This document shows, piece by piece, positions 13,764-39,378 of a DNA stretch of 64,000 nucleotides; the first letter of the stretch is position 1, and each line of letters starts with the position of its first letter. The stretch is from Chrysomallon squamiferum (lineage: Eukaryota > Animalia > Mollusca). The translations under genes and the position numbers were made by a program. The DNA is taken from NCBI GenBank assembly GCA_012295275.1, contig CM022665.1:44392001-44456000 (forward strand), given 5' to 3'. Under the pieces are notes generated by a model that saw nothing but the letters and a program-made list of their open reading frames with translations, had not been told where the DNA came from and did no database searches.

Positions 13764-14485
13764 TGCTGCCTTGGATTTCAAAACACATCAGCTTCAAACT
13801 CAAATCACACACTGTTCAGTAATTCAGTGAAATAGTGTGACTGCTTCTGAAAATAGCATTTAGAAAGTATTTTCAGTGGTCTCAATATACCCCAGTTAGT
13901 AGTAGTAGAAGTAGTAACAATAATAACAACAACAACAGCAGCAATAATAACAATAATAGATTTAAATAAATAAATAAATAAATAAATAAATGGAACAGAT
14001 AAAATAGGATTTTTCTTTTTTTTTTTTTTTTTTTTTTTTTAACCAATAACCGGTAGTTTCTCAGTTTGAGAACTATGTAATAATCTTATTTTATTTCTTG
14101 ATAATATATTCTGAAACGTCATTAAACTACAAGCATTACGTTGTTATATGTGTATTTCGATATTTTTATGAATTAAAAAATGAAAACAATTATCATTATG
14201 ATACATTGAATGACTGATATAAACCACTTGTTAACGGAAATAGCCAATAAAACAGTAAAACTAATGTCTCTGTAATCATTATAAATATAATAATTAGTTC
14301 AAAAATTATAATAAGAAATATAAATAAATAAATAAATTTCAACTTACATACATTCATTTAAAAACAAAACAAAATTAAAATAAAAATAAAAAGAAAGAAA
14401 AGAAAATACGCATTTGGAACACTAACCGGCACATTTTTTCTCTTTGTCTTTTAATTCTTATGTGTCATAAATGAAAATTACTTAC

Positions 14486-15126
14486 TAAATATTTGTACAT
14501 AATTTTACCACTTATTAAAACAAAATATAATACTTTTAGCTAAAATAACTTTGCTACCAATGTCAACAAATGGCGATCTTTAACTGATCTTTTAATGAGT
14601 TTACGCTGTCGGGTCGGCATGAACCTGCCATCTAGTGGAATGTAAGGGCATTAACCTCTTTAAGGAAAAAGTTATGCACACTGTAATCTAATTTAAAAAA
14701 AATATATATATATATATATATGTAATGAAAATTAAAAGGCCTTTATAAGTAATAATTTAATTGATTTAAGAATTTTTTCGCCTAAAAAATATTTTAAATC
14801 ATAAAAACGTTTTAAAATATTTATAAATTCTAAATAAATATTAGAATTTATTGCGCAATAACAAAATAATACCTTAAGAATTCATACGATAGTATCATAT
14901 ATTCATTTTAATTTAAATTAAAAATAAAAATATCTTATTGTAAATCACCACGGAATATTTCTAACACACTATAATATATTAAACTTGTATTATAATAATT
15001 ATGCAGCAAAACAAAGTGGGCTGTGAAACATCCTAAAGTTACTCCCCTTACATCAATAAGGCTTGGTCAGCCTTTTTGCACTCGGTGTCTGTGAAAGTGA
15101 ATGATAAATTAATTTCGATTTCGAGA
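14486..15126. promoter_or_regulatory. Probable bidirectional promoter and 5' UTR region of the CEP85-like and malic enzyme genes
   Basis: Minus-strand GTAAGT donor at 14485 suggests a non-coding first exon spliced to the acceptor at 13847. YY1-like AAATGGCG near 14567. CTCF-like CCACTAGATGGCAG on the minus strand at 14625-14638. Malic enzyme ATG at 15127. TSS positions are inferred. Confidence 0.55.
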
Positions 15127-26681
<11,555 letters not shown>

Positions 26682-27493
26682 AGAAGAAGAAGAAGAAGAA
26701 GAAGAGTGACCAGATTGGGGTTAAAAAAAAAAAAAAATGTTTTAATATATTCTTGCAGTTGTATTAGAATTGTCTCCCCCATGATGGTCCTGTTTTATTC
26801 AAGAAAAAAGAAGAGATTTTAAAAATCAAATAGTAGTATTTATTATTATTATTATTATTATTTAAATTTTTGTTAATATTTTTTATTTTTTTTTTTTTTA
26901 GCACTGCTAAAGAGTGCATCTGTTTTTTGTTGTTTTTTTAATGGTAGCAGGTGGCAATGATTTTTCACGTAGCTTATGAAGAAGAATTTTATTATACAAT
27001 TTAACATTTCAAGTATATGGATATTTTAAAGTGTGTGTATTTAATACACCCCTAAAATTGTAGTTTTTCTTTACTTGATTACAACTTGAACTCTTTTTTG
27101 TACAAAAGTCGTAACGTTTTGCATGTATTGTTGTCATTAATAATAGAAGTTACTGTTGGAAATTTCAGCCATTTCAGTTGATAAATTCTTCAAACAGTGA
27201 TCCAGACATAATATTTTTGGTAAAAACTGTTAAAAGCTGTAATCAAGTAAAGTTTGGCAGTTTTAAGGGTTTTTCCCAGTATAATTATGTGATAAATGTA
27301 AAGGACTTCGTTTGTTTTGCAGTGTCCTGTTTTTAAGTTTGTTGTTATTTCAAAATATATTTTTTGACCTTTATTTTTTTTTTTTTTTTTTTTTTGGTGA
27401 TTTTGTAAAGTTGTTTTGATGTTGTAGTTTATTTATTTGAATTAAGGTAAATTTGAGTTTCTTGTGTTTGATTTATTTTATTTTATTTTATTT

Positions 27494-27529
<36 letters not shown>

Positions 27530-28858
27530 TTTTGTTTGTTAAAGCCTATGAATAAATATTACCAAAATGTTTTGATTACAGCACGAATTATATATATATA
27601 TATACATATACACACACACATACATATATTTTAGAAAGGTAAAATATTAATATATTGGGTTTTTTTAAATATTTATTAATTTGCAAATTTTTCAGTTTTT
27701 CTCTTTAAAATTCGGTAATTCCTTTTTCAGTTTGAAAATGTGAGATTTATCCAGATGTTTGTAACCAGGGTGACATATAATATTTTATAATCATTTTTTT
27801 TTTTTTCCATAGAAACAGTTATCTCTTCATAGAAGAGACTAAAGTGAACTAGTTACCATTGTGTCACAGAATATTCAATACCTTTGAAAGTGATTTAATA
27901 ATTATTAAAAAAATGCATCATGAATTAATTAAATTATTACATATGATTTTCTAATCTGAAATAATAGGAAATAAACAAAAAAGCTATTTTTTTAATCTGA
28001 AGGTAGATTTCGCTCCTTACAACAAATAATAATGTATCCTTTTCCAACTCAAATTAATATCTTTAATGAGTTTATAATGTTTTATACTGGGATGTTTTGT
28101 CTTGTTTTTATTTATTGCCAAAAAAATCAAGTAATTTTAGACATGATATAAAAGTGTCTTAGGATTTTATAGGATTTTAATAATGACGAAAGACTCAAAC
28201 TATTTCTGCTTATGTGTAAAAATGTCTCTTCTTTATTGTTATAGTTTTGTTATGCAGTGTTGAATTTGTGTTTTTTGTTTTTTTAATTTTTTTTTTTTTT
28301 TTTCTTAATGTGTGTGTTTAGAAAAGAAAAATGACAGCTTTATGATCTTTTTCATTCTATTATCTTTTACCCGGTAGCTTTCATTTGAAATGCTCACACA
28401 GGAGAAATCTCTTTTACATGTACATTGATGTTGTTGTTGTGTGTAAATACTACTTACAGTGGTGTCAAATTTTATTTGTCATTTTATTTATTTATAGGCC
28501 TGTGATTATTTCATACGAGACCACATTTCCTACTTCTGTTTACGTTTTTTTTTTTTTTTTTTTTTTATCATTTTAGATAATGACTTCTAACATCTTGGAT
28601 TTAAAAGCAGAATATTTATTTTGTGTTTGGAAAGTTCAGAAATGTTTTGTTGTGTTTAGTACAGAAATTCAGTGTTAACTTTATTGGCAGATCTATGAAG
28701 GCTGATTTTGGATGTGAAACAACACAATTAAGCTAATAACAAAATAATTTGACAAGTGTTTAGGTGTAAACAGTATATGGTTAATTTGTATTTATTATTA
28801 TTATTACTTATTTTTTTTTATTATTATTATTATATATTGTTTTCTTACATCATCATCA

Positions 28859-28890
<32 letters not shown>

Positions 28891-31687
28891 TTGTATATCA
28901 TTATTTTTAAATTATTATTATTTAATTTTGTACTGAAAATAACTAAATATATATCTCTAAGCGAATTGTCCATTTTCTAAATATATATAAACTTCCTTCT
29001 CAAAATCCTAGATCTGCCTTACAGTTTGTCTGTGAATTTGCTGTTAATTCAACACAGACTGAACATCAAAAACAAAACCACTCACATTTATCTAGCCCAG
29101 AGCTTTAAAATTGTTAACTGATTTTAACATTATCAAACAAAATCAGTGTAACAAATTGTAATCTAGAACATTCCTAACAAGTCTTACGTTTTAGTTGCTC
29201 TTTAGTTGTTCTTTTGTACTTAACGGATTTGTAAAATCTTGTTTACATTAAATATTTACACTATAAATTACATGCTTTTACAGACCTTTAAAACAATTTA
29301 TGACTGTTTTGCAACAATTAGAACTTATTTCATATTTTGATATTTTTCTATAATAAATGTTCTTTTATAAACACAAAAGATCACTGAACAATTAAATCAG
29401 ACATCTTTTAATAGTAGTTTCGTGCTTAATAATGAAGAATATATGTTTACATGTTGCATTTATATTTATGTATCTTTACTGAGGTATGAAATGAATGAAA
29501 ATATTCATCCTCCAAAAGGAAGTAAAATTATAAAAATGATCATGTTTTTTTAAAAAGAAAACCATCCGAGTTACATTCGAATCAAAATCTTGTATTTCAT
29601 CAGAAGATCATGTGATAAATTACTGAAATTTTAATTTCAAATGCAAATCCATTGTTGGCTTTCTTAATATCTTTATATCTCATTGGCTAGTTGGTTTTTA
29701 CTTAACTTTAAGTTACCTCACCTCCAAAATGATGTCCACAATATTTTCAAATATTCTGGAACTAGTTTTGGTTTTGACAGCATTTTTTCTTACTGTTTTT
29801 ATATTTAATTTCGAACCACGCATTGTAAACCACAAATCTGTGAATCTCAGAAATATCTGAAGCCTTTCTGATGGAAAATAAATGTTTATAACCATTTTAT
29901 CACACTTTACAAAATTTTTGACAAATGCAGTCACAAGTGATAAGAAATGTTTTTGTATTTTTAGAAGATTAAAAAAAAAAAAAAGGAATTGAATTTGTTA
30001 CTGTAACGTTCTTATTATAAAAAAAAAAAAAAAAAAAATTATTTTTATATTTGGGCGATGTAATATTTTAATCTGATTGGTTAATATGTAGTGAGAACAT
30101 AATTTGATTGGTTAGCATAATTAAACTGAACGAGAATGTCATCTCAGTTTCAGGTTTTTAAAAGATTTAGAGTGAAAAGCTTTAATTAACATGAATATAT
30201 GTCCTTGAGTTTATCTTTTTTTTTTTTTAATATATTCAATATTTAAGGTCAACGAACACAATCATGAAAGTTCAGAGAGCCATTTTGGTTTTGTCCATAA
30301 TGAAGAACGATGGATAAAGCAAAACAAAATTTTTTTTCTTATTTTTCCTTCTGTAATTTTTTTTTTTTATTTTCTACTTTAATAAATGTGATCTCTACAA
30401 ATGCAAATTTTATGACTTACTAATTAAAACCATGACGTTTTGAAATAATTTTTTGATTCATGTTTTATTTTTTAAAGATTAACAATTTATATTGTGTATT
30501 GAAACTTGTTAAACAGTTAATGGGTAGTTTTTGATACATGTTTAGATTGTAATGGTGAAGGTGTACTATATCATAACTATGATTAATATTAATAATTTCA
30601 CTCTATTTATATTGTGTATAATTTGCATTAGATTTGTGATTCTGTGCACATTTTTAACTTTATTTTTCATTTTATTTATTTATTTTAATTTTAATTTTTT
30701 TTTTTTTTAAATTTTGTTTATTTTTTTATTTTGTTGTCATTGATAGAAAACTTGCGAAATATTTAAAAAAATTCTTTTTTTCTTGAATTATGTAATCAGA
30801 CAGTAAGTATATTTACTGTTTTAAAAATATTAAAATATTCTCTAATTATGAGATTTATAAAAAGAAAATCCTGTTACCAATCAAGAATGTGCCAAAAATG
30901 GAACAAATGGAGTTTCACCATTTTATTAATTACCTGTAATCAGTTTAAGAAATGCCAAAAATTGAATATATCTTTTAAAAAAAAAAAAAAAAATGTTGTA
31001 GTGGCTGTTTTTTGACGAACAAGTATTAGCTATGCATTTACTGTTAATTCATTGTTTATTTTAAAATATTTTGTAAATATACAAACTATAATCAGTTTTA
31101 AAAATGTTCATATATATATATATATATAAAGCTTGAAAAGTTTTTTGAAAAATAAATTAAGTTGGTAGCAGTATGAAATGGCAACTGTAGCAAAATTTTA
31201 AAATTTTATTTAAAAAAAAAAAAAATAATGGAGCTTTAAACAATGTGTATCAAAAGATACATTTTTTTTATCTAGTCAAGAATATTCTTTAAAAAAACTT
31301 TTTTTTTATTATTATTATTTTTTTATTGAAAAATAAAATGGTGGCAACAGGATTACTGTCCAGGGATTATTGTTGGAAAAAAATCATTCAATTTCAGAAA
31401 ACAACTAGTTAACAAAACTGTCACCATTAATCTTTAGATATTTCTTTCTTTTTTTGTCAGATATGTTTTGGATTATTTTTATTTTTTTATTTTTTATTTT
31501 TTTTGAAAGACATAAAACAAAGAATAACTTATTGTTGTTTTAATAAAAATATTCTTATTCTTGTCAAAAAACTAAACTTGTATTTTTAATTACATTCTTA
31601 ATTTTTACTAGATCCTTTAAAAAAAAAAAAAAAATTACATTGATAATGTGTTTTTCTTTCATCTTTTTGAATAGTTTTTAGTAGATC

Positions 31688-31726
<39 letters not shown>

Positions 31727-31783
31727 GAATTAATTTATGGTTTTTCTTTTTATGCTTTTGAATAGTGTCTGTCGAAGTTAGTA

Positions 31784-31819
<36 letters not shown>

Positions 31820-32802
31820 AAAGAGTTAATATATGGTTTTTCATTTATGCTTTTCAACAGAGCCTGTAGAAGTTAGATATTTCATGTTATCAGCAAGGTA
31901 TTTATAATACTCAGAAATGGAGTAGGATAAATTTTTACGTTATTTTTGTTTACTTGTTGTTAGTGCAATTGTTTGTATATGGGATCTCAGGTGGCACTTT
32001 GAGTTCAGATATCCAAGATTTGTCATTTTAGGCATCTGGAATGCTTTTTATATGTCCGTATCAGTATATTGGTGCATTAACCAACCTAAAACAGACAGTA
32101 CTATACTAACTATGTTATTAAATATACATTTTGTATTTTTTTTAAATCTAACTGAAAACCTTTGTATAGTGCGCCAACCCATCATCTAACCTGAATTTTT
32201 AATATAGCTGTCTAAAATAGTTGTGCGTGTCTTTTGATGTTTTTTCGTCATTTTGTTTTTTTTAGATTCGGTTGGTCAGTTCGGATATAAACGTTAAAGG
32301 AAAATGGGCTTCCAATAAATTAATGTAATATTATTAAGTGTCTTACTTAACCATTTTTGGAACTATTAAAAACAGTTTAAAAAATAGGCACTAATTAAAA
32401 TTTGTTACCAATAAATTTTCCTCTCTACTTAAAAATTGTCCAGGTGTGTTTATGACAGTTATAGTTTCGAAATGCATGATTGTAAAATGATATTTTTTGT
32501 TCTGTAATCTGTGCTAGTAAAATAAATGGGTTGTTTTGGTTTAGTCACTGTCCCACTTACACTTAAATACATGCTGAAATTATTCACAACTTTTGTACTA
32601 TGGTTTGTTGTAGGTGTTTGTTTTTTTGTTTTTTTTTATTTCTTCTATTACTTTGCTTGCATGTTTGACACATGAGTGAACTCTGCTTTTATAGGAATAA
32701 AATTTAGTTGCTAAATGTTTTGTTGTATTTTTTATTATTATTATTTTTTTTTTTAAATATATAAAATGTGAGTTTGAATAAATTAATTAATCTCTAGGTG
32801 CT

Positions 32803-33610
32803 AGACCAATGTTTCACAAATAATGGAACAAAGATCTGTAGGAACCAATGTTTCACAAATAGTGGAACAAAGATCTGTAGGAACCAATGTTTCACAAATA
32901 GTGGAACAAAGATCTGTAGGAACCAATGTTTCACAAATAATGGAACAAAGATCTGTAGGAACCAATGTTTCACAAATAATGGTAGGAACCAGTGTTTCAC
33001 AAATAAACAGTGGAACACAAAAATGGAACAAAGAGTTGTAGGAACCAGTGTTTCACAAAAATGGTGGAACAAACAAGTTGTAGGAACCAATGTTTCACAA
33101 ATAATGGAACAAAGAGTTGTAGGAACCAATGTTTCACAAATAATGGAACAAAGAGTTGTAGGAACCAATGTTTCAGAAATAATGGAACAAAGAGTTGTAG
33201 GAACCAATGTTTCACAAATAATGGAATAAAGATCTGTAGGAACCAGTGTTTCACAAATAATGGAATAAAGATCTGTAGGAACCAATGTTTCACAAATAAT
33301 GGAATAAAGATCTGTAGGAACCAGTGTTTCACAAATAATGGAATAAAGATCTGTAGGAACCAGTGTTTCACAAATAATGGAACAAAGAATTGTAGGAACC
33401 AGTGTTTCACAAATAGTGGAACAAAGATCTGTAGGAACCAGTGTTTCACAAATAGTGGAACAAAGATCTGTAGGAACCAGTGTTTCACAAATAGTGGAAC
33501 AAAGAATTGTAGGAACCAGTGGAACAGGAACAAACTGGAACAAAGAGCTGTAGGAACCAATGTTTGGAAATAGTGGAACAAAATCTGTAGGAACCAGTGT
33601 TTCACAAATA
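32803..33610. repeat. 39-bp minisatellite, ~20 units
   Basis: Unit GTAGGAACCAATGTTTCACAAATAATGGAACAAAGATCT with point variants and no unique spacers. Confidence 0.95.
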
Positions 33611-35214
33611 AATAAATAGGAAAGTGTTAAACAAACAGTGAAAAATGAAATGAACCATGTTTCACAAAATGAACAAATGAATGAATGAAATCACAAATAG
33701 TGGAACAAAGAACTGTAGCTGTGGAAAGACAAACACAATAAATAAATGAATAATAATAATCATAATAATAATAAACAATAATAATAATAAATAAATAAGT
33801 ATATATAAATACATAAACAAACATTTATAAAATAAATCTTCAAAATTTCTAACCTATCATATGCTTATATCTACTTACAATACAGTATAATTAACAATTT
33901 TTCTCAACAGAAAAATAAAATCACTTACAGTTGATCAGCATTCACCAATCCTAAAGATTAACATTTTAACAAAAATTATCCAGTCAAAGCTTCTTGTATA
34001 AATTTAGCACTAGTTTCAATATTGAAATTTTCATGATTTGATTTTTCAAAATGTCGGTTTAATCTACTGACAAATTTAAAGTTACAAATAATTTTACAAA
34101 TTGCCAATATTACCAAATCCTAAATCATTAACTGTTAATATTACAGCTTAGATTAGACAAAACTTTACATCTTAAACTGTCTAGTTGCCTTGCTTATGAA
34201 AAACAATTGATGCATTTTATAAACTATTTGGTTACTATTGAGGGTTTTTTTTGTTTTTTTTTTTTTTTTTTTTTTTGTGTATGAGGTAAATGCATTTTTT
34301 TTTTTTTTTTTTTTTTAAATTTTATTTAATAAATAAATCCCAACTTTTGACTGCATTCTCCAATTAATATTCTGTTCATTAAGTAAAATGCTGTTTTAGA
34401 AAAAATTGGAATTTTCCTTTCTTTCACTGCATTCAAAATAAAGATTTAACAAGTCTGATTTCACTGCAACAGATTAAAACTTCCTATACTTAAATGTGGA
34501 TAAACAAATAAAAAAATGTTTTTAATGCCCTCAACGTGAATAAAACATACTCCCTTCTATGCAACAGAGAGAAATAATTACAGGGGAAAAAAAAATAAAA
34601 TAAATAATAATAATAATACAAAAAAATAAATAAAATAATAACAGTAATAAATAAATAAATACATAAATAATAGTCATTATAAAAAGAAAAAGAAATTAAG
34701 AAAAAATAATAATTACAAAAGGGAAAAAAAAAAAAAAACATTTGTAATGAAGATTAAAACCAAGAAATAATTTGATTTCATTTTCCATGGATTTAAAGGA
34801 GTTGGATAAGCACAGACTTTCAAAAAAATCTTCTATTGAAAACAAATCTTTATACTCTTATATGTTGATCTGCAATGAATGAATGAATGAATGAATATCT
34901 GACACCATAGTGATAAATTTTATACTGGCTACTGGATGTCAGAAAATGGTAATCTTCAACTGTAGTTCACTACCAACAAAGCCTGTGAGTCTTGCATATG
35001 ATAGCTGATATCCAATAACCTTTTTGTAGAAAATTCAGAATATTGTTTGGCATGGAAAATAAACAGCAACCTACTTACAAATTAACTGTGTCTGAATTTT
35101 TCAACCATAAATTATTAAAGCAAAGCAATGCTAAATTATTTCCAGAAATATTAAATTTATTTTGCATTAAGAAATAAAATAACTCAAACAGGATATTTTT
35201 TATAGACTATATTT

Positions 35215-35257
<43 letters not shown>

Positions 35258-35914
35258 ATATATATATATATCTATGCCTCAAATATAAAGTATAAACTTA
35301 CTTTACAAAATATTTTAAGCATTTTCTCAAATGAAAACTTTTTACTTGTACTAAACATTATGCAAAGTGTTTAGATCATCAAAATTTGTGCGTACTTGAT
35401 ACTAATTTTATACATTTAAAAATAGGTTCGATAAATACTCAGTTTAAAGAAACAGAAATTGTTTTATTACTAACACAAACAAGCAGAAAAACTGATACAC
35501 TAACAATTGAACTAAAGTAATTAGTAATTAGAAAAGATTAAGAATCTTCTTGATATTGTTTATTACATGTGTTAAGAATAAAATGCATATAGTATGGAAT
35601 ATATATATCCCAAAAACAATGCACGTTTTTTAGTATATCTAATTCAAATACTGTCTGTGTATTATCTGAAATTCACATTCAGAATATTAATAATATTTTT
35701 GGTAGACTGTTTAGTAAAATAACCTCATCATTTTAATGCCTTTTTTATTTATTTTTTTTGCAACAACAACAATTCACCGTTTTTTTTTTGGACACACTTT
35801 TCAAAATGGTTTTGGCCATTTTGAAAATTAAGAAACAATGAAAAAACCAAACACACAAGCTTGATGTGAAACTGAGAGGCATTCATGATGTGTTTTTTGG
35901 ACATCAGAAAAATG

Positions 35915-36367
35915 TCAGTGATCTGAAAGGGCGGTGCGAAGTCTTTCAGCCACATTGTCCCAGTTTGCAATGTTAAAGATGGCGTTCACGTAATCTGGAC
36001 GAACATTCTTGTACTGAAGGTAATAAGCATGTTCCCACACGTCAATTCCAAACAGCGGAACCAAACCTGAAAACAGCGAAAACAAAAACACTGTGTCAAA
36101 ACTGTTTTTATCTTAAAGAGTTTTGTTGTTTTTTTATTTATTTATTTATTTTTTTTTTTAAATATGTTTTCATCTTTTATTGCAACTTTCTAACATCAGC
36201 ACATTTATGAAAGCTTTATGCTGTTATAAGTATAATTCTCAAAAGAACTGCATGCATGCATGTATGCATACATGCCAAATAGCTCAGTACATGAAAACAG
36301 TTACCAACTTTTTGTTTTAAATAACAATGAAATTTATTTTAAATCCTAAATTTATTTGTTTTCTAAA

Positions 36368-36400
<33 letters not shown>

Positions 36401-37010
36401 TAACTGAACATAATTCAAAAATAAATTTTAATTTTTTTTAAATTACAGAATGTTTCTTTTTTTAAATTACAGAAAAAATAACAACCTTAAACATTTTACT
36501 TCACCCTTCATTGAGGCAAATCGATTCATATTTGTTTTCACACACACACACACACACACACATATATAACATCTCTTTCTCTCAATACAATAGTGAACGT
36601 AACAGTTACCTGTTGTGGCTTGTAAAGGATCTTGGTTAGCACAGGTAGCAATTCTTAACCTCCCGCTAGCTGGATTGAATCCTAGCCAACCCCAGCCTGA
36701 ACCTTGTATTGCGACAGTTTTTGCAACCAGTTCTTTTTTCATGGCATCGAAAGTCGTGAAGTCTCTCTTTATGAGCTCCATGAGATCTTTGGGAAGGTCC
36801 CCCCCACCGTGAGGACTGAGGACCTCCCAGAAGATGGAATGATTCAAGTGACCTCCTCCATTGAATCTAAGAGAAGGCTGAACCTGGATGATTCCATTTA
36901 CGTCATCTGTTTGAACAGAAAAAAAAAGAATTAATTAATTAATTAAAAAAATAAAATAAAATAATAATAATAATAATAATAATAATATTAATATTAATAA
37001 TAATATTATG

Positions 37011-37055
<45 letters not shown>

Positions 37056-37802
37056 GTTACAATGAAATTTGTCTTTAATTTATTTTGTAAATTCATGGTA
37101 AAGTCTTTACGGACTGAGTAAACAAACTGTTTGCAAATAAAACCACTCAGTCTATTAGGATTTTTTTTATTTCCCATAATAAAATATTTTACAATTTATT
37201 AATTATAATTTTTTTTTTTTTTTTTTTTTTATTATTTTATGCTTGAAATATAAGTTTGTATTAAAAAAAAAAAAAAAAAAAATTAAAATTGGCTGTACAA
37301 ATTCCCTGTGAAAGTGAACACAACGATACACACAAAATAATGTCAAAATTTTTAAAATGAAATTAAACACACACCTTTTGCCATAGCTTCAGCCAGCTTT
37401 TCCTCAGCAATGTTGAGATTGGTCACGTAACCTTGGTGATGTTTCTGATGATGTAGTTTCATGATTTCTGCAGTGATGTAGGGCTCCAGAGCATTGTAGT
37501 CGTAAGGGAGGTCTGGAAGGGTGTGTTTCAGGCGTGACACCAAAGTCCCCAGCACTGCTGGCTGAGTCCCCAACCTACAACGTTTTTAAACAATGTTTTT
37601 GGTACACATTATCTCAAAATTTACACTTCATTCAGCAAAATACACATATCACTGTTAACAAAAGAAATGTTCACATTTTAGGTATGAAATTAATTGTGTA
37701 GTACAACTGTTGGATATATATTATCTTAAAATTTATATTTAAATCAGAAAAATACAGATATGACTGTTAAATCATTTTGTTGTTTTTTAATATAAATAAA
37801 TA

Positions 37803-37835
<33 letters not shown>

Positions 37836-38579
37836 TACATATATATATAATTGAATAATATTTTATAATTATTTTTTTAATGAAAGAGAACATGTCAGAA
37901 TGGGATATTTTATAAACATGGCAGTACACATGTGAAAATAATCTGCTGGTTGAATGACATTTTACTCTCCACAACAAAACATAAGCCCAGTCAGTGGTAT
38001 TCTTCTGTAATTTGACAATATTTGCTGTCTTGTTTAACACACTTACTGATGTAACAGTAGTGGTACTAAAAAGGCAAAATTTATCTCATCGTTTGTAAAA
38101 ATGAAACCTAGCTCAAGTCTCTTTCTCAAATTAAGTGTATCATATTATTTAGTAACACATAACTGGTATATATTATTTAGCAGATTCAAGTGGAAATGAT
38201 ATGTAAATGTTGCCTAAATGTCACTCAACATTTTTAACCAACTCTTTATTATTATCTTTATATTTTATTTATTTATTTATTTATTTATTTATTATTATAT
38301 ATATAGTTTCTTTTTTCTTACTATATTATTATTTTTTAGATAATTTAAAACGTCCTGAAACTTAAATCAATCATTGTGATGATATCACTTATATCACTGT
38401 TCTTATTGTGTTTTTATGTTAAGAAAGGTAAGAAATATTTTACTAAGTATTTTCAAATGTTATTGGTGTGTAAAATAAAGTAATGGTGTCAATTTCACAA
38501 GAATTATGGATTTTACTACAGAAAGAACAACTGAAGCTAGTATACTTTGAAATAAAATTCTCATTTCCTTACACTGTAC

Positions 38580-38654
<75 letters not shown>

Positions 38655-39079
38655 GCACAGAGACACACATAATAGCCTATACATGCAAATAACACTATAT
38701 TTTTAATTGTTTATGTTTTTCTGACTTTGTTAAGTGATTAAAACGAAATAATGCATACTATTACTAAAATAAAAATTAATTTTTAGAACGTTATATTATT
38801 TAATTTTGCAAAGCAGATATTAATATACTTTATTTATTTTTTTCCAAAATGTTGGTGTGCTGACATCTGTCAGTGTTAGCATCTTCATCATTCATGCTGC
38901 AGTTTCGAGTGCTGTGACCTTGAGTTTCGCATAAGTTCTGTGCAATACCACTTATGCAATAATTAAAAAAAGGTTTGTCAACATAAATAAATTTAGTTAT
39001 TTACTTTTAAATGCATACTATGTTAATTTAAAAGCTCACAGTACCTTTTTGCTGCTAGAAATGAAGCAGACAACATCAT
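35915..39079 (-). CDS. SOD2: Mitochondrial manganese superoxide dismutase, 227 aa, 4 exons
   Basis: Exons 39079-39045, 37574-37375, 36906-36610 and 36066-35915 total 684 nt. Motifs: [51 protein letters not shown]-terminal basic presequence [13 protein letters not shown]. The start could be the second ATG at 39076. Confidence 0.97.
38345..38630 (-). mobile_element. Interspersed repeat copy A (~240 bp plus (CT)n), in SOD2 intron 1
   Basis: Reverse complement of 58928-59222. For example, TTTTTATGTTAAGAAAGGTAAGAAATATTTTAC and CTAGTATACTTTGAAATAAAAT are present in both copies. Confidence 0.8.
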
Positions 39080-39334
39080 GTCAAATTAACAGAACGAACA
39101 GCAACAGAAACTACGTTCCAGTGTAACAGCAACAAATCACATGCAGGAACTTAACACCAACAAGATTATACGTGAATCCTGAAAACCTGCTACTGGGTCA
39201 AGGCCTTCAGTTGTTCGTTAAATATCGGCTTATGTCGATTTTGTCTTTCGCTAATGATCGGAATCGCTCGCACATTTCCGAATATTACTTAACTTTCATC
39301 CACCAATGAATCGTCATCGATAAATAAATAATAA

Positions 39335-39378
<44 letters not shown>

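Noticed and set aside
32794-33605. Long ORFs on both strands (e.g. 249 aa and 202 aa) and a CRISPR-like appearance
   Set aside because: These are a by-product of a 39-bp (13-codon) tandem unit. Units are contiguous with no unique spacers, there are no cas genes, and the context is eukaryotic.
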